From the NCBI RefSeq assembly GCF_009914755.1, contig NC_060926.1: a DNA stretch of 64,000 nucleotides; one strand, given 5' to 3'. Shown piece after piece: positions 30,677 through 44,954 of this stretch (its first letter is position 1; each line of letters opens with the position of its first letter). The translations under genes and the position numbers were made by a program. Source of the DNA: the human T2T-CHM13v2.0 reference genome, Homo sapiens. Under the pieces are notes generated by a model. The model was not told where the DNA came from and did no database searches. It worked only from the letters and a program-made list of their open reading frames with translations.

Positions 30677-31168
30677 TGTAGTGGGCCAAATTGTTGCCTC
30701 AAAGATATGTTCATCTATGAATCTCCAGAACCTGTGGATATTTCTTTATATAGCAAAAGAGTGAGTATCATCTTACATGGCAAAATACGTGGTTGAGTTA
30801 AGGATCGTGAGAAGAGGAGCTTATTCTGAATTATCCTTCTGGGTAGACCCTAAATGCAATCAATCATATGCATCCTTATGAGAGAGAGGCAGAGGACATC
30901 ATGACACAAACACACAGAGAAGAAGCTGATATGAGGATAACAGATGTGGCCACAAGCCAAGAAATGACATCAGAAACTGGAAGAGGCAAGTAACAGATTC
31001 TCCCCTAAAGTCTACAGAGGAGGCACAGTCCTGCTGAGATCTTGATTTCAGCTATGTAAAATTGATTTTGAACTTCTGGCCTCCAGAACTGTAAGAGAAT
31101 AAAGTCCTGTTGTTTTGAGCCACCAAATCTGTAGTAATGTTTTATGGCAGCCACAGAATACTAATACA
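30677..31168 (+). mobile_element. MaLR solo LTR, MLT1C/D-like
   Basis: TG...CA termini, acttctggcctccagaactgtaagagaataaa, candidate 5-bp TSD gtgtg/gtatg. Confidence 0.85.
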
Positions 31169-32129
31169 GTATGCTATTAATAATGATGCAAAATGATGAA
31201 ATTCAACATTTTATTAAGAAAAAGACTGTCGATATGTAGGTATGAGGTGGGCATGACAGATGATTGAAAGGTATTATTAAAAGGCCTATAATTTACAGGA
31301 AGCCCAGGCACTATTAAAAGCATTCAAGTTAAAATCTAGAATAAGGCTTTTTTAAAGATAAAAGTACCAGGTTCTCAGTTGAGGGATCCAGTCCAACACC
31401 AGAAGCTAAGTATGAGTCACTGACAATGGCCAAGAGCTTATTAGCTGTGGTGAATGTTTTCAGGACAGCTATACAGGAAATTGATAGCTATTAATATTTA
31501 ATGATTCATTTTATGCTTGGCAGGCTACCTACCCGAGTACAGACAAGTTCACCCACAGAAGAGTTTTGTTGCTCTTGGAAATATTTTTATTGTTGTGTAT
31601 AAGGGCAATGGAATTTTTTAAATCAAACATTTGAGACTGTGACTTCACATAGACATAGCTCATCTGAAATATTTATCATTTAGTATCCATCCTTATAACC
31701 TCAAAATAGACATAATTAAATATTTATATTTTACTTTATTCTATCATGAATTTGGGATGGTTAAGATATATAATAAAATTCAATAGTTTTTAACTGAGTA
31801 GAAAAAGGAGAAACTCATAACTGGGAAAATGTAAGATTTATTTTCAACACTGTGACAGTTTATGTAACATGAATACCCTAGCCATTTAGGTGATTTTTCA
31901 CACTTTCTTTTGCACCTTATCAAATTGTTCAATTCATTATTATGTTTATTATAAAACTAAATATGTTTCTATTTATATTGCTGAAGTTCTATCAGTCTTC
32001 TTAAAAATAAATCAAAAAAGTGAGAAAGATATTTCTGAAATGTCAGGGGAAATAATGTTCATGTAGTTGAATGGGAAATAAGACAACAGATTCAGATAAA
32101 TATTCACCCGGTAATTTTCTATAAGAAAA

Positions 32130-33090
32130 AAATTAATTTAGTAAGTATTTATTGAACATCTTAAAAATGTAGGCACCAGAGCTGAAGGAATGAACAAGAT
32201 ACAACCACTACCCTGAAATTCACAGAGTAGAGGGTGGGTGTGGGAAGGTAGAGATGCTCTCTGCTGCCATTTCTTACCTCACTTCTCTCATACTTCAGCC
32301 ACGCTAGCCCCCTTGCTTTTCCTTGAGAATATCAATTATGTTTCTTCTTCATAGCTTTTGTACTTGCTGATTCCTGTGCCTGGAATGCCCTTTTTCCATT
32401 TCTTCATTTCTCCAAGAAGTAGACCCAGAGCCAAGGATTCAAATGCAAGTAATGCCTTAGTAAGAAGGCATTAGGGAAGCCCCCCTCACCACTGGAGCGT
32501 GAATGGCATCTGAGAAAAGAGGCTGGGCTTTTGTATCCTCATGCCATTTGGTCACTGGCTTTGGGTTACTAAGGGAAAAGAAGGAATTAGTACATATAAT
32601 CTCCTAGGTACTTGGCTTTCTATGTCTAAGGGAAATCCTTTAAAAAAGGTCTCTGCTGTGAGCCATATGCAGTAAAGTACTAAGAAGCTGGGATCTGGGC
32701 CTTCATCCAACGAAACTACACGTCTGCAGGACCTACTTTCTCACTGTCTCTGATGTCTCCATATCACGTAGAGGACTTCCATTACTACCCTGCTGTAGGG
32801 ACCTACTCATACCTTCTAGCTGTTCACCTTGCATTATGCTTTCCTCAGATCATGCATTAATTTATATTACTATTTATTTATTTTCTGTGCCTCACCCCAC
32901 CTATACACTAATATGTATAGTATTAAGTAATTGAAATTTATGGCAAAAACCCGAATTACTTTTGCACTAACCTAATAGTTTAAGCTCCCTAACAGTGGGG
33001 ACTTTATTTTGTTGACTGTTGTATATTCAGTGCCTAGATCATTCTGGTCAAAATTTATTAAAAAACAATTGTTGGAAGAATAAATAAATG
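32130..33090. mobile_element. L2 fragments on both strands interrupted by an old LTR-like relic
   Basis: tatttattgaacat (minus-strand L2 3' end), cttgctgattcctgtgcctggaatgccc and ttgttggaagaataaataaatg (plus-strand L2). Confidence 0.5.
32921..32977. mobile_element. Partial MADE1 (Hsmar1-derived MITE), one arm
   Basis: atggcaaaaacccgaattacttttgcactaacctaa|ta is one mariner TIR followed by TA; the left arm is mostly deleted. Confidence 0.8.
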
Positions 33091-33365
33091 GATTTTGATG
33101 GAGAAAACATTCTGAAGGTAGAGTCAATATTGTTAGAAAAAACTTCAACCTTCTTTTGAATTTAAAAAATAAGGTAGAAATAGTAAATAGTATACTTAAC
33201 TTTAGAGAAAAATAAATGACTCCACAGAATCATAGATAGTCTGTCATGGGTGAAGTGGAGAATTCATTAAATAATTTTTATTCACTTTATCAGCCATCTC
33301 ATATACTGTGTGTTCATTACATGCCAGACATACTATTATGGTCCTGTATTCAAAGTTGGACTGTC

Positions 33366-33890
33366 TGCTATGGTATGAATTTTTGTGTTCACCCCTAAAT
33401 GTATATGTTGAAATCTCATTCCTAGTGGGATAAGGACGTGCGGTCTTTGGGAGGTGATTAGGTTATGAAAGCAGAGCGCTCATGAATTACATTAGTGCCC
33501 TTATAAAACAAGCCCCAAGGAGTTCCTTTGCCCTTTCTACCATGTGCGGATGCAACAAGATGCCACATCTATGACCAGAAAGCAGGCCCTCAGCAGACAC
33601 TGTACGTGCTGGTGCCTTGACTGTGAACTTCTGCGCTCCAGAAGAGCGAGAAATTTGTGGTTCATAAACTACCCAGCTTATGGTATTTTGTTATAACAGC
33701 CCAAATGAAGTAAGATAAAAACTGGGTACTGGTAACTCTGGGTGCTGTTGTAACAAATACCTAAAAATGTGGAAGTAGCTCCAGAGCTGGGTAATGAGTA
33801 GAGGCAGGAAGAATTTTTAGATACAGGCTAGAAAAATCCTATATTACCATAAAGGGAACTTTAAAGATGATTTTAGTGAGAGCAACTAAA
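33366..33890 (+). mobile_element. MLT1A-type MaLR LTR (33366-33717) plus the start of its internal sequence
   Basis: tgctatgg start, ctttgggaggtgattagg, tatggtattttgttataacagccc, then MaLR-int-like acaaatacctaaaaatgtggaagtagct...ctgggtaatgagtagagg. Confidence 0.85.
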
Positions 33891-34924
33891 AGGAAGAAGT
33901 AGCCATTTACTAAAGCAAAGAGGGTAAAGTTTCTAGGTAGACCTCAGGAGTTAACTGTTAGACATTATTTAAATATCTTATTAATTCCCAAAGTTAAAAG
34001 AGTCAAGTCTAATTCTTAAACCGTATGTTCAGACTACTAATAATGCAGTTTTGATAGGCAACCCCACATAGGAGCACAGTGTACCTCAAGGACCAATGGG
34101 AGAAGGTAATTCCACTCTCAGGTACTCTAAAAACAAGAGGATCTAGTTTTAAGACACAAACCATAGCTTCTAAAGGAAGTATAATGGGAGGATTTGGTCA
34201 AGTGTGAGAATGCACTGAGGTGTTCATTATGTTATCTGCATACTTTAAAACATTTTTTGAAATGTTTATTTAAAATAAAGTTCCATAACTTGAGATGCTT
34301 TCAGATGTAAACACATGTATGTACTTACATCCATATGCATATAAATACATGTATATACAGATATACCATCTTTTATCTTTTGAAAATTAGTGATAAGCAA
34401 ACTTTGCTGTAAATGTGCTTTTTAAAATCACATATCATTTAATTTTTTTGTTAATTCTCCATTTCAACATTTTCCTATTATATCTTGGTTAGGTCACTAC
34501 AAAATGTACTATACATTATCTTTTTTATAATATAAAAACATCATATCTAATATCTAAAGAAATACACGTATAAGTAATAGTCTTCACCCAAGTCTTGCTT
34601 TCCTGTGCCAACCATGTCTAATTATCCTAGCTGTTTTCATCTTATAGTTCTCAAAATATTTCTGCATACTAGGATTCTAGTGCTCTTCTTAATTAATTTG
34701 GTTGTTTAGCTAAATATAATAATTTAAATTATGTAATTCTCCTACTTTCCCTCCCTCTCACTACCAATATATTTCCACCAGTTTTAGATTCTCATTTAAT
34801 CTCTCTATCCAAGCACTATCTAAGCACTTTTATTTCATGTGTCACTATCTCAGGACAGGATCTCTGACAGTGCATTTTGCAGGAAGAGGCCACTATCATG
34901 ATTATCTTCTGTAAGCACAAACAC

Positions 34925-35515
34925 ATATTAAAAATAAGAGGCTTAATTTTCCCCATTTAAAACAAGGAAGGATATTTCATGCCCTTCTGTTTACTAAGAG
35001 CATTTACTTTGGAAAACTTGTAATTATTTCTCCTCTCTTGGATATGTATAAACTTCCTTTTGAGGATAGTAGTTTTTCATCTTATGACTTAAGGATGTCT
35101 TTTGTGAAATGTTATCATCAAGGAAGATAGTGTCCCTATCTCACAGCTTCTGTGAGAGTGCTGGAGCCTAGCTTTCGTGGGTCTCTTGCTCCCAGTTTCA
35201 AAATTACCTCCTGCCATAGAGATATAAGATAGGATGCATTGTGTGTGACAAATGGTACTCTTAAGTCCTCTTACTTGAGGACTAGTTATTATTTATCTTG
35301 AAAGCTTGTGTGTAATGGAGTATATCTGCTTGGCTATACACACGGATGAAACTCTTTTCTGTCTCTGCAAATATCTGTTAGCAGATTTCCTATGATGCAC
35401 ATTGCATTCTGCTTCAGTGTTTATTCAATAATAAAAGTGGTTTCTTTCTTCACTATCTTTGTGGAGCGATTTCTGAGTTGGAATAAGAATTTGCTTTTCA
35501 TTATATTTCCAAAAT
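34925..35515 (+). mobile_element. MER34-like ERV1 solo LTR
   Basis: agagcatttactttggaaaacttg, aagtcctcttacttgaggactagtt, aataaa, and an end resembling ttatatttcc..aa; boundaries are approximate. Confidence 0.55.
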
Positions 35516-35529
35516 TTCCTACTGAGGTT

Positions 35530-36900
35530 TCCTTCCTCCTTCTACATAATTTTTGTCATTTATGAGCTTATCTCTGTACTGTGAAGGTTGACAACATTAC
35601 CTTATCTTGATAATCATAATTAAGTCCTTTGTGTTTTGTATATTGGTTGAGTACTTTAGTCAGATCTTTAAACCGTGTCTTCATTATTGTGATTGTATAA
35701 ATAATGTTCACAGAAAAGCACAGCTCACTGATTTTTCTTTGTGTTAAAAAAAATACTTACCTGGGATTAGTAGTTGCTATTTCCATTCTCCCTCACCTGC
35801 CATTTACTTTATTCATTCCCTTAGTTTTTCAAAGTCTACATTCAGTCCACTTTTCTGTCACCTTTTTCCTCTGTCTTCCCTTTAAGAGCCCCACATCCTT
35901 CTGTTCCAATTTGGGCTGCCAGCTCCACAGACCTGGTGCATGGCCATCAGCCTGGATCATGTCTTTTTTGTTCCACTCCATTCTCTCCTGTATCTCCCTC
36001 TTTTTGGTTTTCACGCTCATTTTTGCTGGGTTACACCTTTAGAAATGTTCTAAGTAAGCATGTCTGAAAGGTAAATCTCTTGAGTCCTTCATGTCTGAAA
36101 ACATCCTTATTCTAACCCAGCATTTACCCTATTTTTTGATTGTAGGATTCTGAACTAAATTTTTTTTCCTTAGATCTCTGAAAGTATTGCCCCATCATAT
36201 TGTATCCAATGTTTCTGCCTGGATGGATATTCTCCTTTGTAGTTAATTTTTTAAAAATTATTTTTGAAAGGTTTTACGATCTTTTAATAATCCTTTGGGT
36301 TCTGAACTTTTCCTACTGATTGACTAGAAGTGGTCATATTTTTTCCATTTGTTTGCTAGATTTAATAAGGACTCTTATTTTGGAGACAAATGCTTCGGCT
36401 TTGAAATATGTTGTGTGTACATATGTATGTGTGTGTTTGACAATTTCCTCTACTCAGTGTACTCATCTCTTTTCAGAACTCATATTACATATCATGTTAT
36501 TGGATCTCCTAGATTGATCATTTATCATCAGTTTCCCTAATTTTGATGGTTTGTATGTATGTATATATGCTTTCTAAAATATTTTTGACTTACTTTTCCA
36601 ACTCTTGTGTAGAATTTTTATTTTGGAAAATGCACTTTTATTAAGAGCTCAGTTTTAGTCACCAAGTTTTCTTTTTTATAGCATCCTTTTCTTTATGGAT
36701 TTTCTCAATGATCTCTGAGGATACTAGAGTTTATGAAGTTCTGTTTTCTCCTGATATTACCTCAATTTCTATTCATTTTTTCTTTCTCTTTCATTTTGGA
36801 GAATTTTATGATAGTCTGATGTCCATTCACTTTTAAGATTAAGTCATTAACAAGTTGTTCAGTGTTTCTGGGTACAAAGAAGAGATTTAAAAATGTCAGG
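35530..36900 (-). mobile_element. Ancient L1M/HAL1-like ORF1-region relic
   Basis: T-rich strand bias and motif cttgagtccttcatgtctgaaaacatcctt; very diverged. Confidence 0.4.
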
Positions 36901-39800
36901 CTTCACTTTAGATTGTAGAGTAAAAACCAGCTATTGAAATAGCTACATCTCAATGTTGGAGTAGAATCTTTGCTCTGTAGTCCCTCAGTTCCCCTAGAGA
37001 AGAGATAGGTCTACCATGGGTTTCAGGTGTATGATACTCAACATTATGAATGGGGATAGAGGTGGGAGTATAAGTGAGGGAGGTAATTTTTCAATATAGA
37101 AATTTATTTAACAACATTGTTTTTAAATTCCATATATATACCTTCTGGTTTGCATGACATTTATAAATTGCAAGCCTTTCCTGGGACTGATTCAATCCAT
37201 ATCTCAGTTGTCTTCTCCCTGTACTCTAGTTTGTGGCATTCTCTATTCTGCCCCAATTACCTCTCCCCCATCTGCTTTCTCTTTTCTAAATATATACTGC
37301 TATATCTTATCAGACAAGGAATAGTCAGTCACCAGCTCTTTCCATTGTTGCAGATTTAGATCAGTTTTATTTCTTTAGTTTCACTGCCATAGTTTCATAA
37401 GAAAATAATATAATGTATGTAATCAGTATCCCATTGTAAACCTAAAGTCATCCTAATTTCTTCTTTATAGTTTCAACAAAAATAAAGTTAGCAATTAAAA
37501 TCATCTGTCTCTTCAACAAGAAGATATTTCATACTTTAAAAACAAACAGATAACAATAAAAATACTTGCTCTAAGAAAAACATTGTATCTAATAAACAGA
37601 ACTAAGGTTTTGGCTGATGTCTCAAGAGATTTTTAGGGACTTCACAAATATACTCCCTTGGTACTTACTAATGCAGAATAAATGTAGTTTTCTTGTGTTT
37701 CACATTTATAATTATTCTCTCCCTCCTAAAAAACAATACTTGTTTGTTTCTTAGGCCACTTTTCCCTTGAGTTACTTCAGGGCTAGGGTCATGTAATTCA
37801 TTTTTATATCACCAATGTTTATCACACATTATAATTTTATGGAGACATTGAGTAAATACTTGTGTTTCACTTGTCCATTTCATGACATTTGCTTAGTGGA
37901 ATGGGATCATAGGAAAAAATATCATAATCTTTCACCATCATGGTGCCTCCCCTCTCATTTGAAAGGCATACTGACTTAGTAAATTTAATTACAAGTTCTT
38001 ATAATGGAAAATAATTCTATCACGTTTGATACACAAAATATGAAAACATCAAATCCTCCTCATTTACACCATATACCTCTGGATGTTTATCACTAAATGT
38101 ACCATAATGCTTTTCTCATGTTGATTAGATAGGATATCTGCAAAATCTGGTATTTCTAGGCAAATCCAATTAATTGTACTGGTTCTTAGTGTGTCATCAG
38201 AGCTATCAGGTTATTCACCACATCAACTCCAACAGAAAAATGCTCATTTATCTTACTGTGTGTAGGAAGAGAGAGATTAATAGCTATTGCATGGTAAAAT
38301 AATGAAGATAAAGGCACTTTTAGAAGGATAGTGATATAAAAATGAATGACATGACCCTAGCCCCGAAGTAACTCAAGAGATAAGTGGCCTAAGAAATGAA
38401 GAAGTATTGTTTTTCAAGAGGGAGAGAATAATTATAAGTGTGAAACGCAAGAAAACTACATTTATTCTGCGGTAGTAAGTACCGAGAGAGTATATTTGTG
38501 AAGTCCTTAAAAATCTATTGAGACATCAGCCAAAACTTTAGCTCTGTTTATTAGATACAATGTTCTTGGAGCAAGTTTTTTTTATTGTTGTTATCTGTTT
38601 GTTTTTACAGCATGAAATATCTCCTTGTTGAAGAGACAGGTGATTTTAATTGCTAACTTTATTTTTGTTGAAACTATAAAGAAGAAATTTTTAGGTTCAG
38701 AAGACTGAGTTTAGAGCTATAGAAGAGAGAACATATACATTAAACAATGAGTTCTCACAGCACAATAGAGGGACTGTGATTATGAAAACAGTTGGAAGTG
38801 TAGGCCACAAACAGGAAGCAGTACATCTGTCCTCAAACTCTGGAGGACAAGGACCAGAGAATTTTGCTAAAATTAGGCAGTTATTTGGAGGGAGTAAGAA
38901 GTTTGAAAATTCATACCTGGAAGACTACACTTTGGAGATGTAATCCAGTAAGCAGAAGAACATTAGAAAAATAGTTCAAATCAGAACTTTGGTGCTTCAC
39001 CTACATTTGAGAGTTGTTGAGTCATATGTAAGCAACAACCAAGTAGAAGGAGCAGCTAGGGAATGAGTTGTCTTCTAGTGCAACCAGTAAGTTTGATTTC
39101 AGATTAGACATTCTACCTACTGGAGGAGGACAGTCAATATGAGAACATGATTTACCACTGGCTTATCAGAATAACTGACCTGAGTTCTTGGTTTGATGAT
39201 TGGCAGCATTTTGGAAATAGGCTATGGAAAATCATCAATTAAATATGGTTGAAATGACACAATTATGTAATGAGAACAAAATGCTTTTCTTTGTGTGAAT
39301 ATTTGGCATAATACAAATACAGCATAAGTCAGTGATACCCAAGGCTATGGCATTCATGTCTGCAGCTGAAAACAGAGGACACTCTTTATTCGTTTGTTTT
39401 ATAAGGACTCACCCTGTTTTCATGCAATTGTATGTACATATAACACTCAGTGTATATAATTTTATCTTTGATTCGAATTATTGGTCTGATTCTTTTCTGA
39501 TTGCTACTAGAGAACTTTAAAATTTCTAAATTTTTGCTTAAAAATTTAAATCTCTGTTTAAAGGGAGACAGTATGCTTTGAATTTTAATGGAACTTATAG
39601 CTCTGCTTTTAGATAAAATCCATTTATTAATTAGGATGAAATAACCTAATGACAACAAAATGATAACTTGAGAGATAATCTTTTTACTTTACCTTACTAA
39701 AACAGAGCACATCACTATCAGTGATCTTCCTGTCAATCTAGCTGAAGGCCTATCTATCTTGGAATCCAGGCTTTATCCCTGATTTTATTGACTAACTCAC

Positions 39801-40192
39801 TTTTTTAAAAAATTAAATTAATTTTTAAAATTTTTATTTTATATTTCCATAGGTTTTTGGGAACAGGTGGTGTCTGGTTATGTGAATAAGTTCTTTAGTG
39901 GTGAGTTTTGAGATTTTGGTGTACCCATCACCCAAACAGTATACACTCTACCTGATTTGTAGTCTTTTATCCCTCGCCACCCTCCTACCCTTTCCCCACA
40001 AGTCCCCAAAGTCCATTGCATCATTCTTATGCCTTTGCATCCTCAGAGCTTAGCTTCCACTTATGAGTGAGAACATATGGTGTTTGGTTTTCCATTCCTG
40101 AATTACTTCATTTGAATAATGGTCTCTAATACCATTTGGGTTGCTGTGAATGCCTTTATTTAGTTCCTTTTTATGGCTGAGTAGTATTTCAT

Positions 40193-40231
<39 letters not shown>

Positions 40232-43171
40232 ATATCACAATTTCTTTATCCATTCATTGATTGATGGGCATTTGGGCTGGTTCGATATTTTTGCAACTGC
40301 AAATCGTGCTGCTGTAAACATGCCTGTGGAAGTATCTTTTTTTGTATGACTTCTTATCCTCTGGGTAGATACCCAGTAATGGGATTACTGGATCAAATAG
40401 TAGTTCTACTTTTAGTTCTTTAAGGAATCTCCACACTGTTTTTCCTAGTGGTTGTACTAGTTTACATTATCACCAGCAGTGTAAAAGTGTTCCCTTTTCA
40501 CCACATCTACACCTACATCTATTATTTTTTGATTTTGTAATTATGGATATTCTTTCAGGAGTAAGGTGGTATCTCATTCTGGTTTTGACTTGCATTTCCC
40601 TGATCATTAGTGATGCTGAATGTTTTTCATATGTTTGTTGGCCATTTGTATATCTTCTTTTGAGACTTGTCTATTCATGTCCCTAGCCCACTTTTTGATG
40701 AGACTGTTTGTAATTTCTTGCTAATTTGTTTGAGTTCCTTGTAGATTCCGGATATTAGTCCTTTGTCAGATGTATAGATTTCAAAGACTTTTTCCAACCC
40801 TATGGGTTGTCTGCTTACTCTGCTGATTGTTTCTTTTGCTGTGCAGAAGCTTTTTAGTTTAATTAAATCCTATCTATGTGTCTTTGTTAATGTTGAATTT
40901 GCTTTGGGGTTCTTGGTCAAAATTCTCTGCCTAAGCCAATGTCTAGAAGAGTTTTTCCAATGTTTTCTTCTAGAATTTTCATGGTTTCAGATCTTAGATT
41001 TAAATCCTTGATCCATCTTGAGTTGATTTTTGTATAAGGTGAGAGATGACGATCCAATTTTATACTTCCACATGTGACTTGCCAATTATCTTGACACTAT
41101 TTGTTGAATAGGATGTCCTTTTCCCACTTTCTATTTTTGTTCACCTTGTCAAAGATCAGTTGACTATAAGTATTTGGCTTATTTCTGGGTTCTCTATTCT
41201 GTCCTGTTGGTCTATGTGCCCATTTTCATACCAGTATCATGCTGTTTTGGTGACTATGGCCTTATAGTATAGTTTGATGTCAGGTAATGTGATGCCTCCA
41301 GATTTGTTATTTTTGCTTAGTCTTGTTTTGGCTAGGCAGGCTCTTTTTTGGTTCCATATGAATTTTATGATTGCTTTTTCTAGTTCTGTAAGAATGATGG
41401 TGGTATTTTGGTGGGAATTGCATTGAATTCGTAGATTGCTTTTGGCAGTATTGTCATTTTCACAATACTGATTCTATCCATCCATGAGCATGGGATATGT
41501 TTCCACTTGTTTGTGTCATCTATGATTTCTTTCAGCAGTGTTTTGTAGTTTTCCTTGTAGAGCTCTTGCACCTTCTTGGTAATGTATATTCCTAAGTATT
41601 TTATGATTTTTTTTGCAGCTATTGTAAAAGGGGTTGCGTTCTTGATTTGATTCTCAGCTTGGTCACTGTTGGTGTATAGGAGAACCACTGATTTGTGTAT
41701 GTTAATTTTGTATCCTGAAACTTTCCTGAATTCATTTATCAGTTATCAGAGGTTTTAGGGGAGTCTTTACTGGTTTTTTAAGTATTCAATCATATTATTA
41801 GCAAATAGTGACGGTTTGACTTCCTCTTTACCAATTTGGGTGCTCTTTATTTTTTTTCTCTTGTCTGATTGCTCTGGCTAGGAATTCTAGTACTATGTTG
41901 AGTAGAAGTGGGGAGAGTGGCAACCTTGTCTTGTTCCAGTTCTCAGGGGAAACGATTTCAACCTTTCCCCATTCTGTATTATGTTGGCTGTGGTTTTGTC
42001 ATAGATGGCTTTTATTACATTAAGGTATATCCTTTGTATGTCAATTTTGCTGAGGGTTTTAATCATAAAGGGATGTTGGATTTTGACAAATGCTTTTTCT
42101 GTGACTATTGAGATGATCATAAAAGGAGCCCTCAAAACCGTGGAAATTAAATAACATGCTCCTGAATTATTGTTGGTTCCACAATGAAATCAAGCTGGAA
42201 ATAAAAAAAAATTATTTGAGCTGAACGATAATAGAGACACAACCCATCCAAACCTCTGGGATACAGCAAAGGTAGTGCTAAGGGGAAAGTTCAGAGCATT
42301 GAATACCTACATCAGAAAGTCTGAAAGAGCACAAAGAGACAATCTAAGGTCACACCTCAAGAAAATAGAGAAACAAGAACAAACTAAACCCAACCCCAGC
42401 AGAAGAAAAGAAATATCAAAGATCAGAGCTGAACTAAATAAAATTGAAAAAAAAAAAACTACAAAAGATATATGAAACAAAACCTGGTTCTTTGAAAATA
42501 TAAATAAAATTGATAGATGATTAGCGAGTTTAACCAAGAAAAGAAGAGAGAAGATCCAAATAAGCTCAATTAGAACTGAAATGGGAGATATTACAACAAA
42601 TAACACAGAAATACAAAAGATCACTCAAAGCTACTGTGAACACCTTTATGCACATAAACTAGAAAACCTAGAGGAGATGTATAAACTCCTGGAAATATAC
42701 AAACCTCTTAGATTAAATTAAGAAGAATAGAAAATCTGAACAGACCAATAGCAAGCAGCAAGATTAAAATTGTAATAAAAATAATTGCCAGTGAAAGACA
42801 AGTCCAGGACCAGATGGATTCACAGCTGCATTTTATCAGACATGCAAATAAGAATTAATGCCAATACTACTGACACTATTCTACAAGATAAAGAGGAAAT
42901 CCTCCCTAAATCATTCTATGAAGCCAGTACCACCTTCATACCAAAACCAGGAAAGGACATAACAAAAAAAGAAAATTACAGACTAATATCCCTGATGAAT
43001 ATAGATTCAAAAATCCTTAACAAAATACTAGGTAACTGAATCCAACAGCATATCAAAACTATAATCCACCATGATCAACTGGGTTTCATATCAGGCATAC
43101 AGGCATGTTTTAACATCCACAAGTCAATAAATGTGAGATACCACATAAACAGAATTAAAAACAAAAATCAT
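39801..43171 (-). mobile_element. 5'-truncated, 5'-inverted L1PB-like element (minus-strand 3' part 39801-42120; inverted plus-strand part 42121-43171)
   Basis: Poly(T), L1PB 3'UTR and ORF2 on the minus strand, then upstream ORF2 on the plus strand. The two breakpoints abut in L1 coordinates (...aaaaatcat | atgatcatctc...). Confidence 0.92.
40195..40230. repeat. (TG)18 microsatellite
   Basis: Perfect dinucleotide run inside the L1PB. Confidence 0.97.
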
Positions 43172-44954
43172 CTATTAAGTAACCATTGTTCCCTTTACAC
43201 AATCCACCATCTGTTTGATCTTTTCTTTTTTAATACTTATTAACAAGCATTGTTCAAAAGCATGTCAACAAACACTAAGCTTATTCTTAACAATCACAAC
43301 TCTGCTCTTTAAATTTTCTCCATGGATCCACCATTTTCCTTGCCTTTAGTATGCTTCTTTTTTCTTTAGTTTGTTATATTTGATTATAGTAACCTAGAAG
43401 TTATTTATCTATGGGAATTATAATGCTAAAAAATAGTGCTAATACATAGAAAAAATATAGTCAAATCTGGCTGTATAGATTAACAGGCCATATATTTCTA
43501 AAAAAATTAAAATTAGCATCATTTTTATCACGTATTTTGAAGTAGTCTAAAAATCAGTTCTTAGAACCAGAATTCCAAAATTTTCATAAAGATGATATAG
43601 TACATATATTTTACTTAATTTCCCTCCTCCAAGTCATCTGAAATAAATGAAAAGACTAAAAAATATGAAACAGAAACATCATTATACCATAGACTGTGAA
43701 GAATGTTTACGAATGAAATTTAAACTAAATCACTGAAATTTGGCAAACTTCCACTTCCCACTACCATATATATTTCTCTAAAAGACAGTGAGAGAGGCCT
43801 GAAAAACAGTACATATGAGCATGCAAAAAAGAAGAAGAAAAAAGAAAGAAGTGTAAGTGCTGTGGTATAGACAAACCACCAGGAAAAAGACAAATAGCTT
43901 GGAGTTGATGTAGGGAGCACAAGAGGCAAAAATGTGAAACAGCCACACAGCCCCTAACCACAATTACCTAAGCAGAAAACTCTTAAAAATCATTAAAAAC
44001 AAACCATTAAATCAAACCAAAACACCTATAGTGCCTGGGCTCCATGCTGGCCACAAGTGTGTAAGAGCTAAATTTTGAGGTGAAAATCTCTTAGGACTGC
44101 ATTCTTCTGAAGACCAAGGACTTAAAAAAATGTAGTGACAAATCATGGGAAAATAATAAACCAAAATTGAGGCTCTATGTTTCACTTAGCACACCAGTTC
44201 TTTTCCTGACTCTAAGCAACTAAAAGACTCAGAAGTTGTTATAAACCAACAATATTGAGTCCTACAATTCAAATTCTAAATTTCAAAGAGACACTTAAGA
44301 CAGTTTCCAGTCATCAAGTCAATAATTCTCCACCCTTACTTTTTCTGGGAAATATTAGGTCTGGATGAAATTAATTATATGTAAAAATAAAGTATTCAAT
44401 TCAAATCTATCTTTGAATAATTTTAAGACACTAAAGGAAATGAATACAATAAGCAAAATATAGATCTCTGAAACATAATCTGGAAATGTATTGCCCCAGA
44501 AAAATACACATATTATTTAAAATATTAATAATATATTAAAAACCATCTTAAAGAAATTAAAAGGAATATGAACTTTCAGAAATAAGAGATCAATTTAGAG
44601 ATACAAAGGTAATCAAAGAGAAGATAACACAGAGGAGATGACAAAATTGGGAGAAAAAATGAGATAATTTGGAAGAAAATAAACAATTTAAGAATAGAAA
44701 CATAATTAGAGACCGTAAAAAGCAGGGTTACTATAATGGACAAAATTTCCTTTAGAGTTTTTGTTTTGTCTTCAAAGAATAATGATATAGGAAAATACAA
44801 TTTTATTTATATCTGATTATATGTCACAGTCTGACAATAATTATCTCTAGGTTACAGTATATGTATAACATATTTTATTCATTTCACAGTTTTTATATTT
44901 TCCAAATTTTAAAAAGACAATATATCTGATAAGAAAAATGCAATGAAAAAATTT

